Notes: generated by a model from the letters alone, not told the origin. A DNA stretch of 64,000 nt from Haliotis rufescens (GCF_023055435.1 NW_025964001.1:31124001-31188000), one strand, 5' to 3'. Counted from the stretch's first letter, positions 13,250 through 25,000 are shown. Numbers and translations are program-made.

Positions 13250-13600
13250 ACTTTGGAGCATGCCGCCCCCGAACCGATCTTCTTCTCCATGACACAATGA
13301 TTGACGTAACGTTCACCTCGACGTCGGTACACTCGAATCCGTCCATCGCTGTGGCTGAGGTGAAAACGAGACTCGTCAGTGAATAGAACTTGTCCCAACT
13401 GCATGGCCGTCCAGCAAAGACGCTGTCCACTGTAGACGTGCTTGACGGTGGTTTCTTGTCAAAATGGGACGTCTGGCGATTCTTCTGGCTACAATCCCTG
13501 CACATCTGAGGCGTAATTTTGATGTTTTCTGAGTGGTTGTTGTCAGCACGATGCTAAACAATGCATATCGAATCCCGTTAACGCATATGTTTTTATACCC
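13250..13600 (-). mobile_element. Tc1 transposase fragment
   Basis: Frameshifted ARRPILTRNHRQARLQW...VLFTDESRFHLSHSDGRIRVYRRRGERY. Confidence 0.8.
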
Positions 13601-13729
13601 AGCCTTGGGTAGTGAAATGCATGGGGCTTGCATAAAAGTCAACTTTTGCATGGAATACATGCTTGTCTGTGGCAGTTGCGTTTTTGTGACTTGATTCCAT
13701 ACATGTACTACAATATTGAAAACCAAACT

Positions 13730-14022
13730 TCCCGGCCGCGTCATACCAAAAGACGTTAAAAGATGGTACTTGTTGTTACCCTGTCTGGCGCTCGGCATTA
13801 AGGGGCTAAAACAAGGACTGGTCGGCTCGGAGTAAGTATACTGTGTCTGAGTGGGGTATTCATTTTAAACTGCGGTATGGTATCTCAGTGGACTAGCACT
13901 ATAAATCGGCATCAGTCCGGACTAGTACAAGCAGCCACATACACACACACGTGCATGCACGTCGCTTTATAAGCATAATAATCTTGGACGCGACGTTAAA
14001 CCCAATTTCACCTCACCTCACC
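13730..14022 (+). mobile_element. SINE family 2, 5'-truncated
   Basis: Near-identical to the reverse complement of 10929-11222. Confidence 0.9.
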
Positions 14023-14385
14023 ACAATCAAGCTACCGAGTAGCCATTTTGTCCAACTACATTCCTTAAACGTCTTCTTTAGTTTTAAGTTGGTCTTGCTC
14101 TTGATGAAATGAAACAAAATTGACAGTTTGAGAAGTAGGGTTACACAGACCGGCGGCAAATCCCGTCACCAGATTCCTTATTGCCAGGCACTGCTTGAGG
14201 TGACCCGCCACATGTAAGTTACTTGAACCCTGTGGATGACACTGGGTTGTTTGTCGGCCATAAATATTAACACTGAGCATGTCCGCATGACTTGTGTATG
14301 CAACAGATTGCCTTGACATCAAGCCAACTCCGCCATGACAGATAGAACACACACACTACCACGCACGCACGCACGCACACACGCA

Positions 14386-14417
<32 letters not shown>

Positions 14418-16034
14418 CACGAGTCGCTATATTAGTACAATAATCTTGGACGCGACGTTAAACCCCATTTCACCTCATCTCAGTCCCAAGGGGATGGATT
14501 TGGTTCTTTGGGTGAAGGAAGGGAGGGAGCGGGGCAATAATATACTCTTAAAAAAAAGAAACGCAAAACGGGTGCAAGGTGCAAAATGAAGAGGTTTAAT
14601 GTATTATAGTGTCAGTGACTAATTTCCCGGATCAGCAAGGACATGCAAACCACTAGTCGGGAAACACGTACGATTCGGGAAAAACGCACCTTGTGCAATA
14701 ACAAAAGGGCCATGGGGCTGGGTTTGTGATTGCCTGGCGTCAGCGTCAATCGAACAGTGACAGTTCAACAACATGTCAAGATTAACAGAAGAAACAACGT
14801 CATAGGCCGTTTGCAGACAGGGGAATCCCGATCAGCTGTAGCCAGGGTTTGTAATGTAACGCAAAACACAATCACAAGGCTGTGGGATCGGTTTCAACAG
14901 CATGAGTCAACACGTGATCGGCCACGGTCGGGACGACCAAGAGTAATCGTCCCACCCCGACTGCGCCAGCTACGTGAAAGGACGACCACAGCCACCCCAG
15001 CCGCATCCAAAATACCCGGACTGCGCAGAATCTCCGACCAGACCGTACGAAACCGTTCAAGAGCAGCAGGTCTACGAGCAAGACGTCCTGTTCGACGCGT
15101 CATATTGAGGCGACAACATCGTCAACAACGACTGCATTAGTGTCGTCAACAAAGGGTATGGACTCAACTGCAATGGAGAGGTGTCTGGTTCAACGACGAT
15201 TCAAGATTTAGAAGTGGACAGGTTTTGTGGGGGTAGCGTTATGATGTTGGCGGCTATCACTCTTCGTGGCAGGACAGGTTTGTTCCATATCCAGGGCTCA
15301 ACGATACATCAACGAAAATCTCCTACCACACGTCCTCCCAATTGCAACCAACGGCAACGGTGTATTCCAGCATACAGCACGGATTGCAAGAGCCTGTCTA
15401 CGCAAAAACAAAGTTGATGTTTCCCCCTGGTGAACGTTGTTCTCCCTCAAGATCCCCGGATTTGAACCCGATAGAGCACCTGTGGGATCAATTGGATAGA
15501 TGGCTACGCCGATGTCAACCACAACCCCAGACGTTGAAGCAGTAGGCTTTTTGCGTTGCAGGTCGAGTTGGCTACTATTCACCAGGATGTGATTCGCATA
15601 CTCGTCTTTTCCATTAGCAGGAGATGTCAGGCCGCTATCGATTCCAACGGGGTACATACGCGTTATTGATGGTCTCTGACCTTCACCTTGGACGTTTCCT
15701 AGACAGACAGACAAACAGATTGTTTATTTGAGTCTCACCTCACAAAAATAATTACATAAATACATATAAAAGGACATAAAAGTGAGCCACCCGTTAAGGG
15801 TTACGAGAGATTTAAAATATATCACATTATGTTCAGCATAAATATATTGGTGTAAAAGGGGTATGAATACTACCCGTAACTAGCTATATAAAATATTTTT
15901 TCTTCGTCGGAGAATTAAAAAGCAGGTTTTGGCTGTACAATATACATAATATTTAAAAAGTACAATAAGTTTTACAGTATTGCATAAACTTTCACGCAAA
16001 TCGTCGTACACAGGGCAATCAAGTAATACATGAT

Positions 16035-16552
16035 AGTATTTGAGTGCAGTACTCTGGAACCGCTCCTGGCTTCTGATTGGTCGGTTGGGTCACGTGACCT
16101 CCGATGACGTCACTTCAGGTTTCGGTTTGGTCACGTGACTGCGCATGCGCGTAGGGCATTGTGGGCCATGCGTGCGCATCCAAGATGGCGGCACATCCCT
16201 TTCCGGTGGCGCGCGCATCCAAGATTGCGGCACATCCGTTTCCGGTGGCGTGCGCACCTCCAAGAGGGCGGCACATCCGTTTCCGGTGGCGTGCGCACCT
16301 CCAAGAGGGCGGCACATCCGTTTCCGGGGAGGAAGGGGAAAACCCAGAGAAGCGCTCGTTAAAGGTGAAAAAGATCGACATTGAAAGAAGCGCGTATAAA
16401 ATCCTTCATGTGTACTGTTTTTTGTGTGTTCTTTTATTTCTAAAAATAGAAGGGGTGCGGGTGGTGGTGGTGGGAGGAGAAGGAGGGAAGACGGAGGAGG
16501 GAGGAGGAGGGAGGAAGGCGGGAAGGGAGTTGGGTTCTTTGTTTTGTTTTGG
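16035..16552. repeat. Left TIR of the Polinton derivative (bipartite: ~16035-16127 and ~16437-16552)
   Basis: Both parts are reverse complements of the contiguous right TIR (~21603-21810); about 310 bp of extra sequence lies between them. Confidence 0.85.
16075..16401 (+). promoter_or_regulatory. Cluster of housekeeping transcription-factor motifs and a TATA box in the left TIR
   Basis: Reverse CCAAT (~16076), E-box GTCACGTGAC (16089 and 16130), CRE TGACGTCA (16105), NRF1-like TGCGCATGCGC (16140), four 39-41 bp repeats with YY1-like CAAGATGGCGGC and ETS-like TTTCCGG, TATAAAA (16395). Confidence 0.6.
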
Positions 16553-17283
16553 GGTGTGTGTGGCGATGGCATGTGGAAATGATAGATCACTGAGACGAGC
16601 TTATCATACACAGTCGACGACTCTGCCACTTTGTTGCTAGGTTGACGTCATATCGGCGAAGGATCTTGCACAAAATTCCACAAATCATGTCATCAGGTAT
16701 GGTGATGTGGTTGTAAACTTTGAGGTGTAAGGTTTCGTTCCACAAGGCGATCGTGTATTGTAGCCCACTATGACAGTCGTTCGTCTAAGTTACAGTCGGT
16801 GAGTGGCGATCACCTTAGCGCTACGATCATGTTGTGGAATTCTAAAGGTGTTGCCTGAATTCTAAAGGTGAATCGCCATGCACAGATATGGACGTGGTGT
16901 AGGAATGCAGGAAGCGGTCAGATGTCGATCTTGATTTGTTTTGTTTTTGTTTTTCTCTGGGGTGTGCATTTCGATCCTGTTTTGTTTTTCTTCATCCTAC
17001 AGACAACACAACACTTATGTTTGTTCAACTTTTTAATCCCCCGCTCACATGAACCAACACAATAAAACAAAAGCCACAGGATTAGGGGCGTCCCTGTGAC
17101 TTTTGTGAACATGAACGTATGTACACGTATGTGAACGTATGTACACTCCTAAAATGCAGTGAACAGGAACTTTTGCCACTTTGATAGTGAACGTATGTAC
17201 ATTCCTAAAACGCAGTGAATGTATGTACACTCCTCAAACAGGAACGTTGACAGTCAGGTGATCGTAGGTTCAGTGAACAAGTG

Positions 17284-17891
17284 TCAGGTCAATAAGGGCA
17301 GAAAAGGTTGGTTCTTTTGATGTAGGGTACGCATCTGGCCACTCAGTCGAAAGGCAGGCATCTCATCCACAGGAACGGAGGAAGACACTTTGGTATAAAA
17401 CCATGCTAATACCGTGGCATCATTCTTGGCGGTGTCCTTCCAGTCCAACGTATCTAACACTTGATTAAGTCCACCCACGCATGCGATTGGTCAGCATGTA
17501 GAGACAGTACACACCACACAACGTGCTGTATCCATGTTGTAAGGGGTGTGTATTCCATGGTTGTTGAATCTGACCCATGCGATTCAAAGTCTCTTCCACG
17601 GATCCAGGAGCTGGACGATAGATGCTCACGAGCGTCTACCTGGTTTGTGCAAGGTGAAGGTACTTTTGGTTTGCAACCAACGCTTGATTTGACTTTGCGA
17701 TGGCATGGTTTTCTTCTTGCTTTTACTGGTTCTTGCATCTTGAGCGTGGATGCGTGCTGCTTTCCACAAAGGTCGCCAGCCTCCAAAACTTGCAGGATGA
17801 AAGCAGTTTTTTTCCAACCAGGCCGTCCAAAGGGAAGTAGGAAATCAGCAGAGGGAAGAATGCGCTGTCGCATCTTGGTCTGTCGCTTCAT
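17284..17891 (-). pseudogene. Polinton accessory ORF of unknown function (probably frameshifted: 17891-17454 and 17478-17284)
   Basis: TATAAAAA about 40 bp upstream of the ATG at 17891; overlapping ORFs; no recognisable domain. Confidence 0.35.
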
Positions 17892-17964
17892 TTCTCTCAG
17901 ACTGATGCCACTCGGTACATGAATGGCCTTTTTATAGAGAGGGGGAGAGATTTTATTTTTTTTC

Positions 17965-18916
17965 TTAGGTGGTGCTCAAGGGTATCCATGAACCTCGCCT
18001 GTTGATGAATCTGTCCTGTTTGGTATCAGACGGAGGTGGGGTCATCAACCATGGGGTTGGCATCACATCTTTTTCTTCTTCCACTTGTGGATCCAGCTGT
18101 TGCAAAAGGAGGTGGGGGTGGCATCTCATCTTCTTCTTCTTCTTCTTCTTCCGCTTGTGGATCCAGCTGCTGCTGCCTCCTTCTTCTTCTCTCTTTGTGA
18201 CTTTGTGGGGAGAACTTGGGGAGGGGGAACTGGGTATTGGGTGTTTTTGGTGTGGCATGCGGATGCTGCTGCTGCTTCTGCATCCATTGCCATCGTTGAG
18301 GATTTCCAATTATTTCATGAGGGACATGACTGTTGGCAATTGGTGACTCAAAATGGTCCAACCTGCAGGCCCCTCTTTGGTTTTCTGGTGACGCACTAAA
18401 TCGTTGATCAAGTCCACCATGTGTGTGTCAGGGACAGGTTTCCCTTCCACAGTCAGGGTTCCCTCTGGAGTCCAACTCAAGTCGGGATTGTTTTGAATCC
18501 TTGTCATCAAATTCATGGCTTTACTGGACATGGCTTTAGGGACACTCATGACCACTTCGTCTATCACTTGTTGAGGAGGAGCAGGTCTACCTGTGGTGTC
18601 CATCGTTGATGGTGATGGCGGTGGTGGTGGTGGTGTCACTTTGGGTTGTTGTGGTTTGAAAGTGTTGTTGTTGCTGTTGTTGTTGTTGTGCTGTTGGCGC
18701 TGCAACTCTAGCAACACAACAGTTGGTTGTATTCTTGTTCCGCATGTGAAAAGGCTGCTGTGACCTCTGCATCAACCCATCCATCTCTTCCAAATTTTGG
18801 AGACATTTTTTTTCCAAGAGAGGGGTGTGAAGTGTCTGACGATGACGTTGTTTGGTGGCCTGTAGACTTTGCCATGTGTCTTCAGACACCAACACCATCT
18901 TGCGTGCGTACTTCAT
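17965..18916 (-). pseudogene. Conserved Maverick/Polinton ORF (MKYARKMVLV...LSWTPEGTL..G..V..THMVDLINDL..PAGW), frameshifted
   Basis: Spread over ORFs 18587-18979, 18310-18717 and 17965-18309; the motif pattern is recognised from memory as a Polinton ORF that usually lies near the ATPase and integrase genes. Confidence 0.6.
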
Positions 18917-18984
18917 GGTGGCACACCACACACTGATCCCAACCTTCCTGGTGTCAGACCATTTATTACTTTCCTCCAAACAAA

Positions 18985-19299
18985 GAGGCTAGGGCAGAAT
19001 CAATAAGAGGAATGAGTCCTCCTAATAATCCTCCTCCATGTTGAAGAAGTTTACGTATCTTGCTTAGAGGTACTTAGAGGTTTTTTCATGAGCATGTTCA
19101 AGACTTTACCGTGTCGTTGCAAGTTTTGACGTTGAGTCGTGGTCATGGGAATATTGCCTGCATACAAGTTCACCACACATTCACAAAGGGCACGGATGAG
19201 ATCGGTAGGAGCATGTTTGAGAATGGCTTTGTGCATCGCTGGAGCGGCAGCACACAAATGACACAGAGTGTGTTTCTGTTTCCTGAGGCACTGAGACAT
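18985..19299 (-). pseudogene. Small conserved Maverick/Polinton ORF (LCECVVNLYAGNIPM...QHGGGLLGGLIP), candidate virion core protein
   Basis: CEC..N...GNIP motif; QxGG followed by a hydrophobic segment just past the stop at 19051; GATAAAAG motif ~55 bp upstream. Confidence 0.65.
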
Positions 19300-19359
19300 C
19301 TTTCCTGCATGGAGGTGTTAGCCTGAATGAGGCACCTGATCTGCAGCTTCTCCCTTTTA

Positions 19360-20306
19360 TCAGGCAGTGGCAGGAGGGAGTTGCAACTGTTGATCTGCCT
19401 TCTTGGACTTTCTTTGGGTCCGCATGTGCACCAATCGTCTGAGAGCATCAGCTTGATATGCTTTCATGACATTTTCATGAGCCTTTACTTTTGGCTTAGT
19501 AGTCATCGTTGTTGTTGTAGGTCGGTGGTGCCTGGTGTTACCCTGTTTGAGGAGTGGTGCTTGAAGATAATGTTGCCATTGCAACAGAATGTGTGTCAAG
19601 ACCCCTGCAAGTGTTCCACTACCACTGCGTTGCATCAGGTAGCCAAGACGTTCATCCATAGGCAGACGTGGATTGACAATTTTAGTCAGGGTTTATCATT
19701 ATGTCTCTGCGACCACGTCTTATGTTGAGCTTTCAATGGGATGTGTCCTGCTCTCAGGTTCCGCACGACAATCGCAAACCACTGCAAAAGACGATTTCTT
19801 CCTTTGACGGCAAGGGTTGTCGGTAAAATAGACGGTCTCTTGTCTTTTTTCTTCTTTCGTGGGGACTCCTGCTGCTGCAGACGTTGAAAGCGTTGAAGAT
19901 CAGGTGGGGGCGAGGGTGCTGATGAGGAAGGGCGTTGTTGTTCCTGACAATGCTTGTTCAAGGGTACCATCGAAGAGTAAGACGGACCTGGCGTGGACTT
20001 CTGCTGCTGCTGCTGCTGCTGCTACTATTGCAGAGGTTGAAAGCGTTGAAGATCATGTGGTGGCGAGGGTGGCGAGGGTGCTGATGATGTTGAAGGACGT
20101 GGTGATGGCTGCTGCTGACGATGCATGTTCATGGGTACCATTGAAGAGGGAGACGATCCTGGTGGTGAAGGAGTCTTGTGAAATACAGAGGTCACAAGTC
20201 CCTGTAGCAATGAGGGGGAGACCATACTGTCATAGACATCATTCACCATCTCTTTGTCTTTGTTCTTTCCCTTCATAGGATGAACCTGTTTCCGTCTTTG
20301 CCCCAT
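19360..20306 (-). pseudogene. Polinton ORF with internal duplication and a paralogous NL.AG.IP domain, disrupted by stops
   Basis: ORFs 20025-20306, 19686-19970 and 19360-19659; duplicated MVP.N.H.Q..PS..SAPSPP..DLQRFQ segment; VRNLRAGHIPL..QRH..QRSGSGTLAGVL resembles the 19299 protein. Confidence 0.5.
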
Positions 20307-20371
20307 GATGGATGTAGGTCAACTGAAGGAAGGTCTGGGGGTTCACCTGCTTTTATGAAAGTCTCTTCATC

Positions 20372-21076
20372 TCATAGGATCGGCACATACACGAGGGGTA
20401 ATTCAGATCTCGAAAACAGGCGGGCACGTACGCGATGGTCTTGCAACGTGGTGGGCTTCAAGTCCAAGAACAGGTTAGTGTAAGGCTCTCGGGTAGCATC
20501 TTCATAGGCTTCACGCAGAAAAGGAACTTTGCCTGGAAACACCTGGCGAGTCAGACTGTCAATCTGCGATGCATCTCTCGGATTTTTAAAGAGGACCATG
20601 TAGTGAGCATTCAGACTGATGGTGCAATGTTGCGGCAATTGAGCAAACAAGTTCTGAGTGAGATACAGCACGGATGTGTTTCGGTGATGACTTTTCTTGG
20701 TGAACCATCGCAGCACTTCGGTTTCTTCTTCTTTCGTATTGTCCCCCAGCAAATCATCGATGACCAGCCAATGTGGGGACATCCCTTTTTCGGGCAAGGC
20801 ATGATCCGCTTCTTTCATGCTGTGCACAAACTCAAGAGCGACCCCTAAGCGGTCTGCCATCTCTTCAAGCTCATGATGAAGCGGTTGCCATTCGCTGTAC
20901 ACCCACACAATGCGATGGGGTGACGTATCCAACACCTCGGGGCGATGCATCTGCTCCATACATGATTTCACAAAGGAACTTTTTCCTGATCCCGTGGGTC
21001 CCGCAATGAACATCATAAAAGGATGGCGTAGGGTCGAAGGGGTGGTCATGACCTCTTCATCATCATGTGATGCCAT
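20372..21076 (-). CDS. Maverick/Polinton A32/FtsK-like DNA packaging ATPase, 234 aa, intact
   Basis: HPF..IAGPTGSGKS Walker A, LVIDD Walker B, SHHRNTSVLYLTQNLF, ISLNAHYMVLFKNPRD; uninterrupted ORF. Confidence 0.92.
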   Translation of the reverse strand: MASHDDEEVMTTPSTLRHPFMMFIAGPTGSGKSSFVKSCMEQMHRPEVLDTSPHRIVWVYSEWQPLHHELEEMADRLGVALEFVHSMKEADHALPEKGMSPHWLVIDDLLGDNTKEEETEVLRWFTKKSHHRNTSVLYLTQNLFAQLPQHCTISLNAHYMVLFKNPRDASQIDSLTRQVFPGKVPFLREAYEDATREPYTNLFLDLKPTTLQDHRVRARLFSRSELPLVYVPIL

Positions 21077-21370
21077 CCTGTGTTCTGGCTGACTGACACC
21101 AGGCAACTGATCCTTTCAAGCATGACCTTTCTCTTTTATCTATTATTTTTTTTCTTCCTATCTCTCCCATGACCCAAACAATTTCTTATGAAAAAGAAAC
21201 ACAACGGTCGGTCCGCTTTAGAAAACCGGGGCTCAGACCAAGTGTCGGAATGGACCCATCAGCACGATGCGTTTTCGACCAATCAGGAAGCAGGGTGTCA
21301 GTGCCTCTCCTATAAAAAGAGCGAAGCCACGCACACCGTCACAGTCCGAGCACTGAAGGAGAGATCAACC

Positions 21371-21600
21371 ATGTCGTCTCGATGCAGCTGTCTGACGTGC
21401 CAGACCAACAGTCAACAATGCCGGCGGAGGAGGAAAGTCTATTCGTGGACAATAGTGGGCTACACACGGGGTGAATCGGAGAATCCTTGTAATCAAGGAG
21501 ACAACCCTTGTCCAGCTTGTTTCCAGTTTGTTTTCCAACGGCCCTTTTCAGGGCCACCCATATGTCCCGAAAGAACGCTTTCATCCTTTGCTTTGACGAC
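21371..21600 (+). CDS. Cys-rich small ORF with CCAAT/TATA promoter in the Polinton derivative (3' end uncertain; frame runs through the TIR)
   Basis: CCAAT at 21279, TATAAAA at 21311, ACCATG at 21371; CSCLTC and CPAC motifs. Confidence 0.4.
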
Positions 21601-21602
21601 CC

Positions 21603-21810
21603 TCAAACCCAAACAAAGAACCCGACTCCCTTCCCGCCTTCCTCCCTCCTCCTCCCTCCTCCTCCCTCCTCCGTCCTCCCACCCCCACCTCCACCCCCAC
21701 CCCTTCTATTTTTGGAAAACCGAAACCGGAGGTGACGTCATCAGAGGTCACGTGACCCAAACGACCAATCAGAAGCCAGGAGCGGTTCCAGAGTACTGCA
21801 CTCAACTACT
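21603..21810. repeat. Right TIR of the Polinton derivative
   Basis: Ends ...GAGTACTGCACTCAACTACT; reverse complement of the two left TIR segments. Confidence 0.88.
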
Positions 21811-22086
21811 CATGACATTCATCTTCAATACTTTCCTTACACTGAAAACACACTCTTTCATTCACATTCATATTCGTATATCTGCCTGTTTCCAACTTCA
21901 GAGGAGCAGTACCTGATCTAAATTTGGAGAAGGCAGAGCGGTAAGAACGAGGCATATACATACTTACATAACTTTCACATACATACCCATCTTTAAACAT
22001 TCTATACGTACGTAATTTGTTACCACCCGTTTTTTCCGCCAGGCTTGCATAAAGGTTCATTCCAATCAGACACATACTTTCCCATG

Positions 22087-25000
22087 TGTCATAGCTTTTT
22101 TCTACCACCAAATTCATATTAGAAAATATATATAAATCAACCTATATCGGTAAACTAATCTGACTATTCTTAAAGTAAATTCAGTATAGCGAATGCACTA
22201 ACTGACCGCCGCATACAAGATATTTTATGTTTCACATATGCGGCTAAACTCATGGTCACTTCAGCTGTGGGACAGTGGCTCATTATGCAAGTCTGCCCAG
22301 CCAGGCTGACAAAAAGGGTCACTCTCTCTGAGAACCAGTGATTAGTGAGTTAACTTCACGTCACAGGGCCGGCACACATGGTCAGTCCGACTGTGGGTCA
22401 GTTAGGCAATATAACAACCTACTTGAATAAATCCGTAAATAATGACACGCCCATCCATGGTTACAGCCGATCGACCGCTGACACCTTGGATGTTGTGATC
22501 TTTAGTTATGTAACATAATGAGTTGTATATATACGGCGGTCGGTGGTAGCAAACTTCACTCTGCTTCCACCGAATAAACGCCATCAACTCAGCAGCCTTC
22601 TCTGTTCTTCAAGGTAAGACACTATTTACTTAACTGTTAACTTATTTTGTCAGCTTCGATCTTAATACGTTAGGTGTAGGTTGGATCTATTTCGACTATA
22701 TCGTAGCGTTGTGAAAATTATCATTGACTTAATATCCAGACAATACTTCCTCCCGCGAACGTATATTAGTATACTAGTTGCACGGCAACATCCTAATATG
22801 AGTATGTGTACCAATGTCAATAACTTGTACGTTCCTACATTCAGTGACACATACTCATAGCAATGATTTGGCTGCAACCTAGTAAGAATAAAAACTGAGT
22901 CGGCCAACATGTATTTATATCGTCTCTTATAACAGTATGTTGTTAAACTATCCACGCATGACTGTTTTCTACTGTTTTCTACAAGACATGTTTTCGCGTA
23001 ATAAATGCCTTTTAATAACCATCCGTTAAACAAATATATTGTACACCTTTACAGTCATGTCATTATCGGTTGTATGCCGATTATATTATTATGATCATAC
23101 GTGTTGTACACGTAACGAATTATTATAATTATATGTATACAATTATATGAATATGACTCTACCTCTTAACACGTGTTGTACACGTATCATATTATCTTGT
23201 CATTATAATTAAATGTACTTCTGTGTACACTTCACTCTGCTTCCACCGAATAAACGCCATATATATATATATATTCTTTATTCCTCCATAGGAGAGTTAC
23301 AGACATATAAATACAGTATTTACAAGTGTACGAAAACAGGCATTTTTATGTTAAGTCTATCCCTGCTCACATGTCAGAACATATAATGTTTCTTCACAAG
23401 GTCTATATATTTCTTCAATTGGAAGAGACCTATGACTGCAGCTTTTGCAAAGTTCTCTACCATCTCTGGACTTGCTGGGATCGGGGGCGTACATGCAAGG
23501 AGACAGCAAACTAACTCAATTTCCTGCTTGTTATGAAGAGCCACGCTGACTTCCACTGGACAAGTGTCGACTATGCTACACCACAAACTGTCTCTGAGTT
23601 GCTCTGTCTGTGGACATATACACACAACATGGACGAGCAAGTCCTGGTGGGCAAACATACACATGTCACACACTCCCTGGATTTTCCCAGGTCTCCAGAC
23701 TGCGCACAAGTGGATCACGAAGGTTGCAGCTTGTTTCAGATCTGGGTTTCTTCTAGCAATTTCCCATGCTTTGTGAGGGGAGATAACCGGATGAATTTGT
23801 TTAAAATGCATTAGGTCTGGATCAGAGTTTATGCGTTTTCTCCAGGTTTCAAGATCATTCGCTTTAATGGCATCTTTCACAATTTTCTTCCAGGTATGAC
23901 AGCTGGGGAATGTACCATGGGTACTAAAGCTGCTCAAGAATTGCTCAAGATTATATTTAGACATAATACGTTTAATGTCAGGAACATAACCCAGGGAAGT
24001 GGTAGAGCAATAGTAATTTGAGAGGGAAAGCCTAGTACTGAAAATTCTTCTCGGAAGGAACGTTATTCTACTATTGCATAGGTTCCCTAGAAACAGAAGT
24101 TTTCTCTTGTCTATTTCAGATTCCAAGGGGGTCCATCCAATTAGGGCATTACAAATATCAGTCCGTGTGCTTCGAGGGAGACCTTGTGCAATTTTTAATG
24201 CAGCTCTCTGGGCACGCTCTAAAAATAACAGTTCAGCTTTGCTTAAGCCACACCACAATTCACATCCATACAGGGCTCTTGGTACACAGACGCTCTTTAA
24301 GATGTTGGAACTCACCAGAGGGTTCAGTCCTCTTACGTGGACTCCTGTTCTTAACAACGCCATTGTGGTAGACCTCATCTTTGAGCAGGCATCTAATGTC
24401 CGTTCCCAGGAGCTGTATTCCGAGTCAAGTAAAATTCCAACATGTTTAATTTCTCTTGTAGTAGTGATTTCTTGACCATACAATGTAATATTGATGTTAG
24501 CGGCACTTGATGGGCCAAAGGTCAATAATTTGCTCTTTGACGGAGAAAATGTAAACCTCCATTGCCCACTGTATGTTTCACAAATAGACACCATTTCTTG
24601 AAGATGTGCTGGCACTGGAGAGATCAAAGTGATATCGTCAGCTTGGGTGGGAGCAGTAATGCTGACGTCCAGTACAACAGATCCCTTCTTACTCCTAACT
24701 AAGTTTCGCAAGAGCTCATCTATATACAGTAGGTATAGTTTTGCAGATAAAATGCTCCCTTGTCGAACACCTCTGTGAAGTTGAAACCAGTATGACTTCT
24801 CGTTGTTTGCTAAAACGCAACTTCTCATATCCGTGTAAATATGATCAAAAATTGTCCAGAGTGGATGTGGCACTTCCATATAGTAGAGTTTCAGGAGAAG
24901 GCCAGGCTGGTAGACAGTGTCGAAGGCCTTAGAGCTATCAAGGAATGCTACATGAACTACATCGGAACGCTCTGAGTAATGGTAAGCTGTTTCTTGTACC

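Larger units (their letters stand above)
16035..21810. mobile_element. Non-autonomous Maverick/Polinton (adintovirus-like) element, 5776 bp
   Basis: Termini AGTA(T/G)TTGAGTGCAGTACTCTGGAACC as inverted repeats; 6-bp TSD CATGAT (16029-16034) / CATGAC (21811-21816); A32/FtsK-like packaging ATPase inside. Confidence 0.9.

Noticed and set aside
16090-16640. Overlapping ORFs across the left TIR
   Set aside because: They arise from GC-rich repeats and low-complexity TIR sequence and show no protein-like features.
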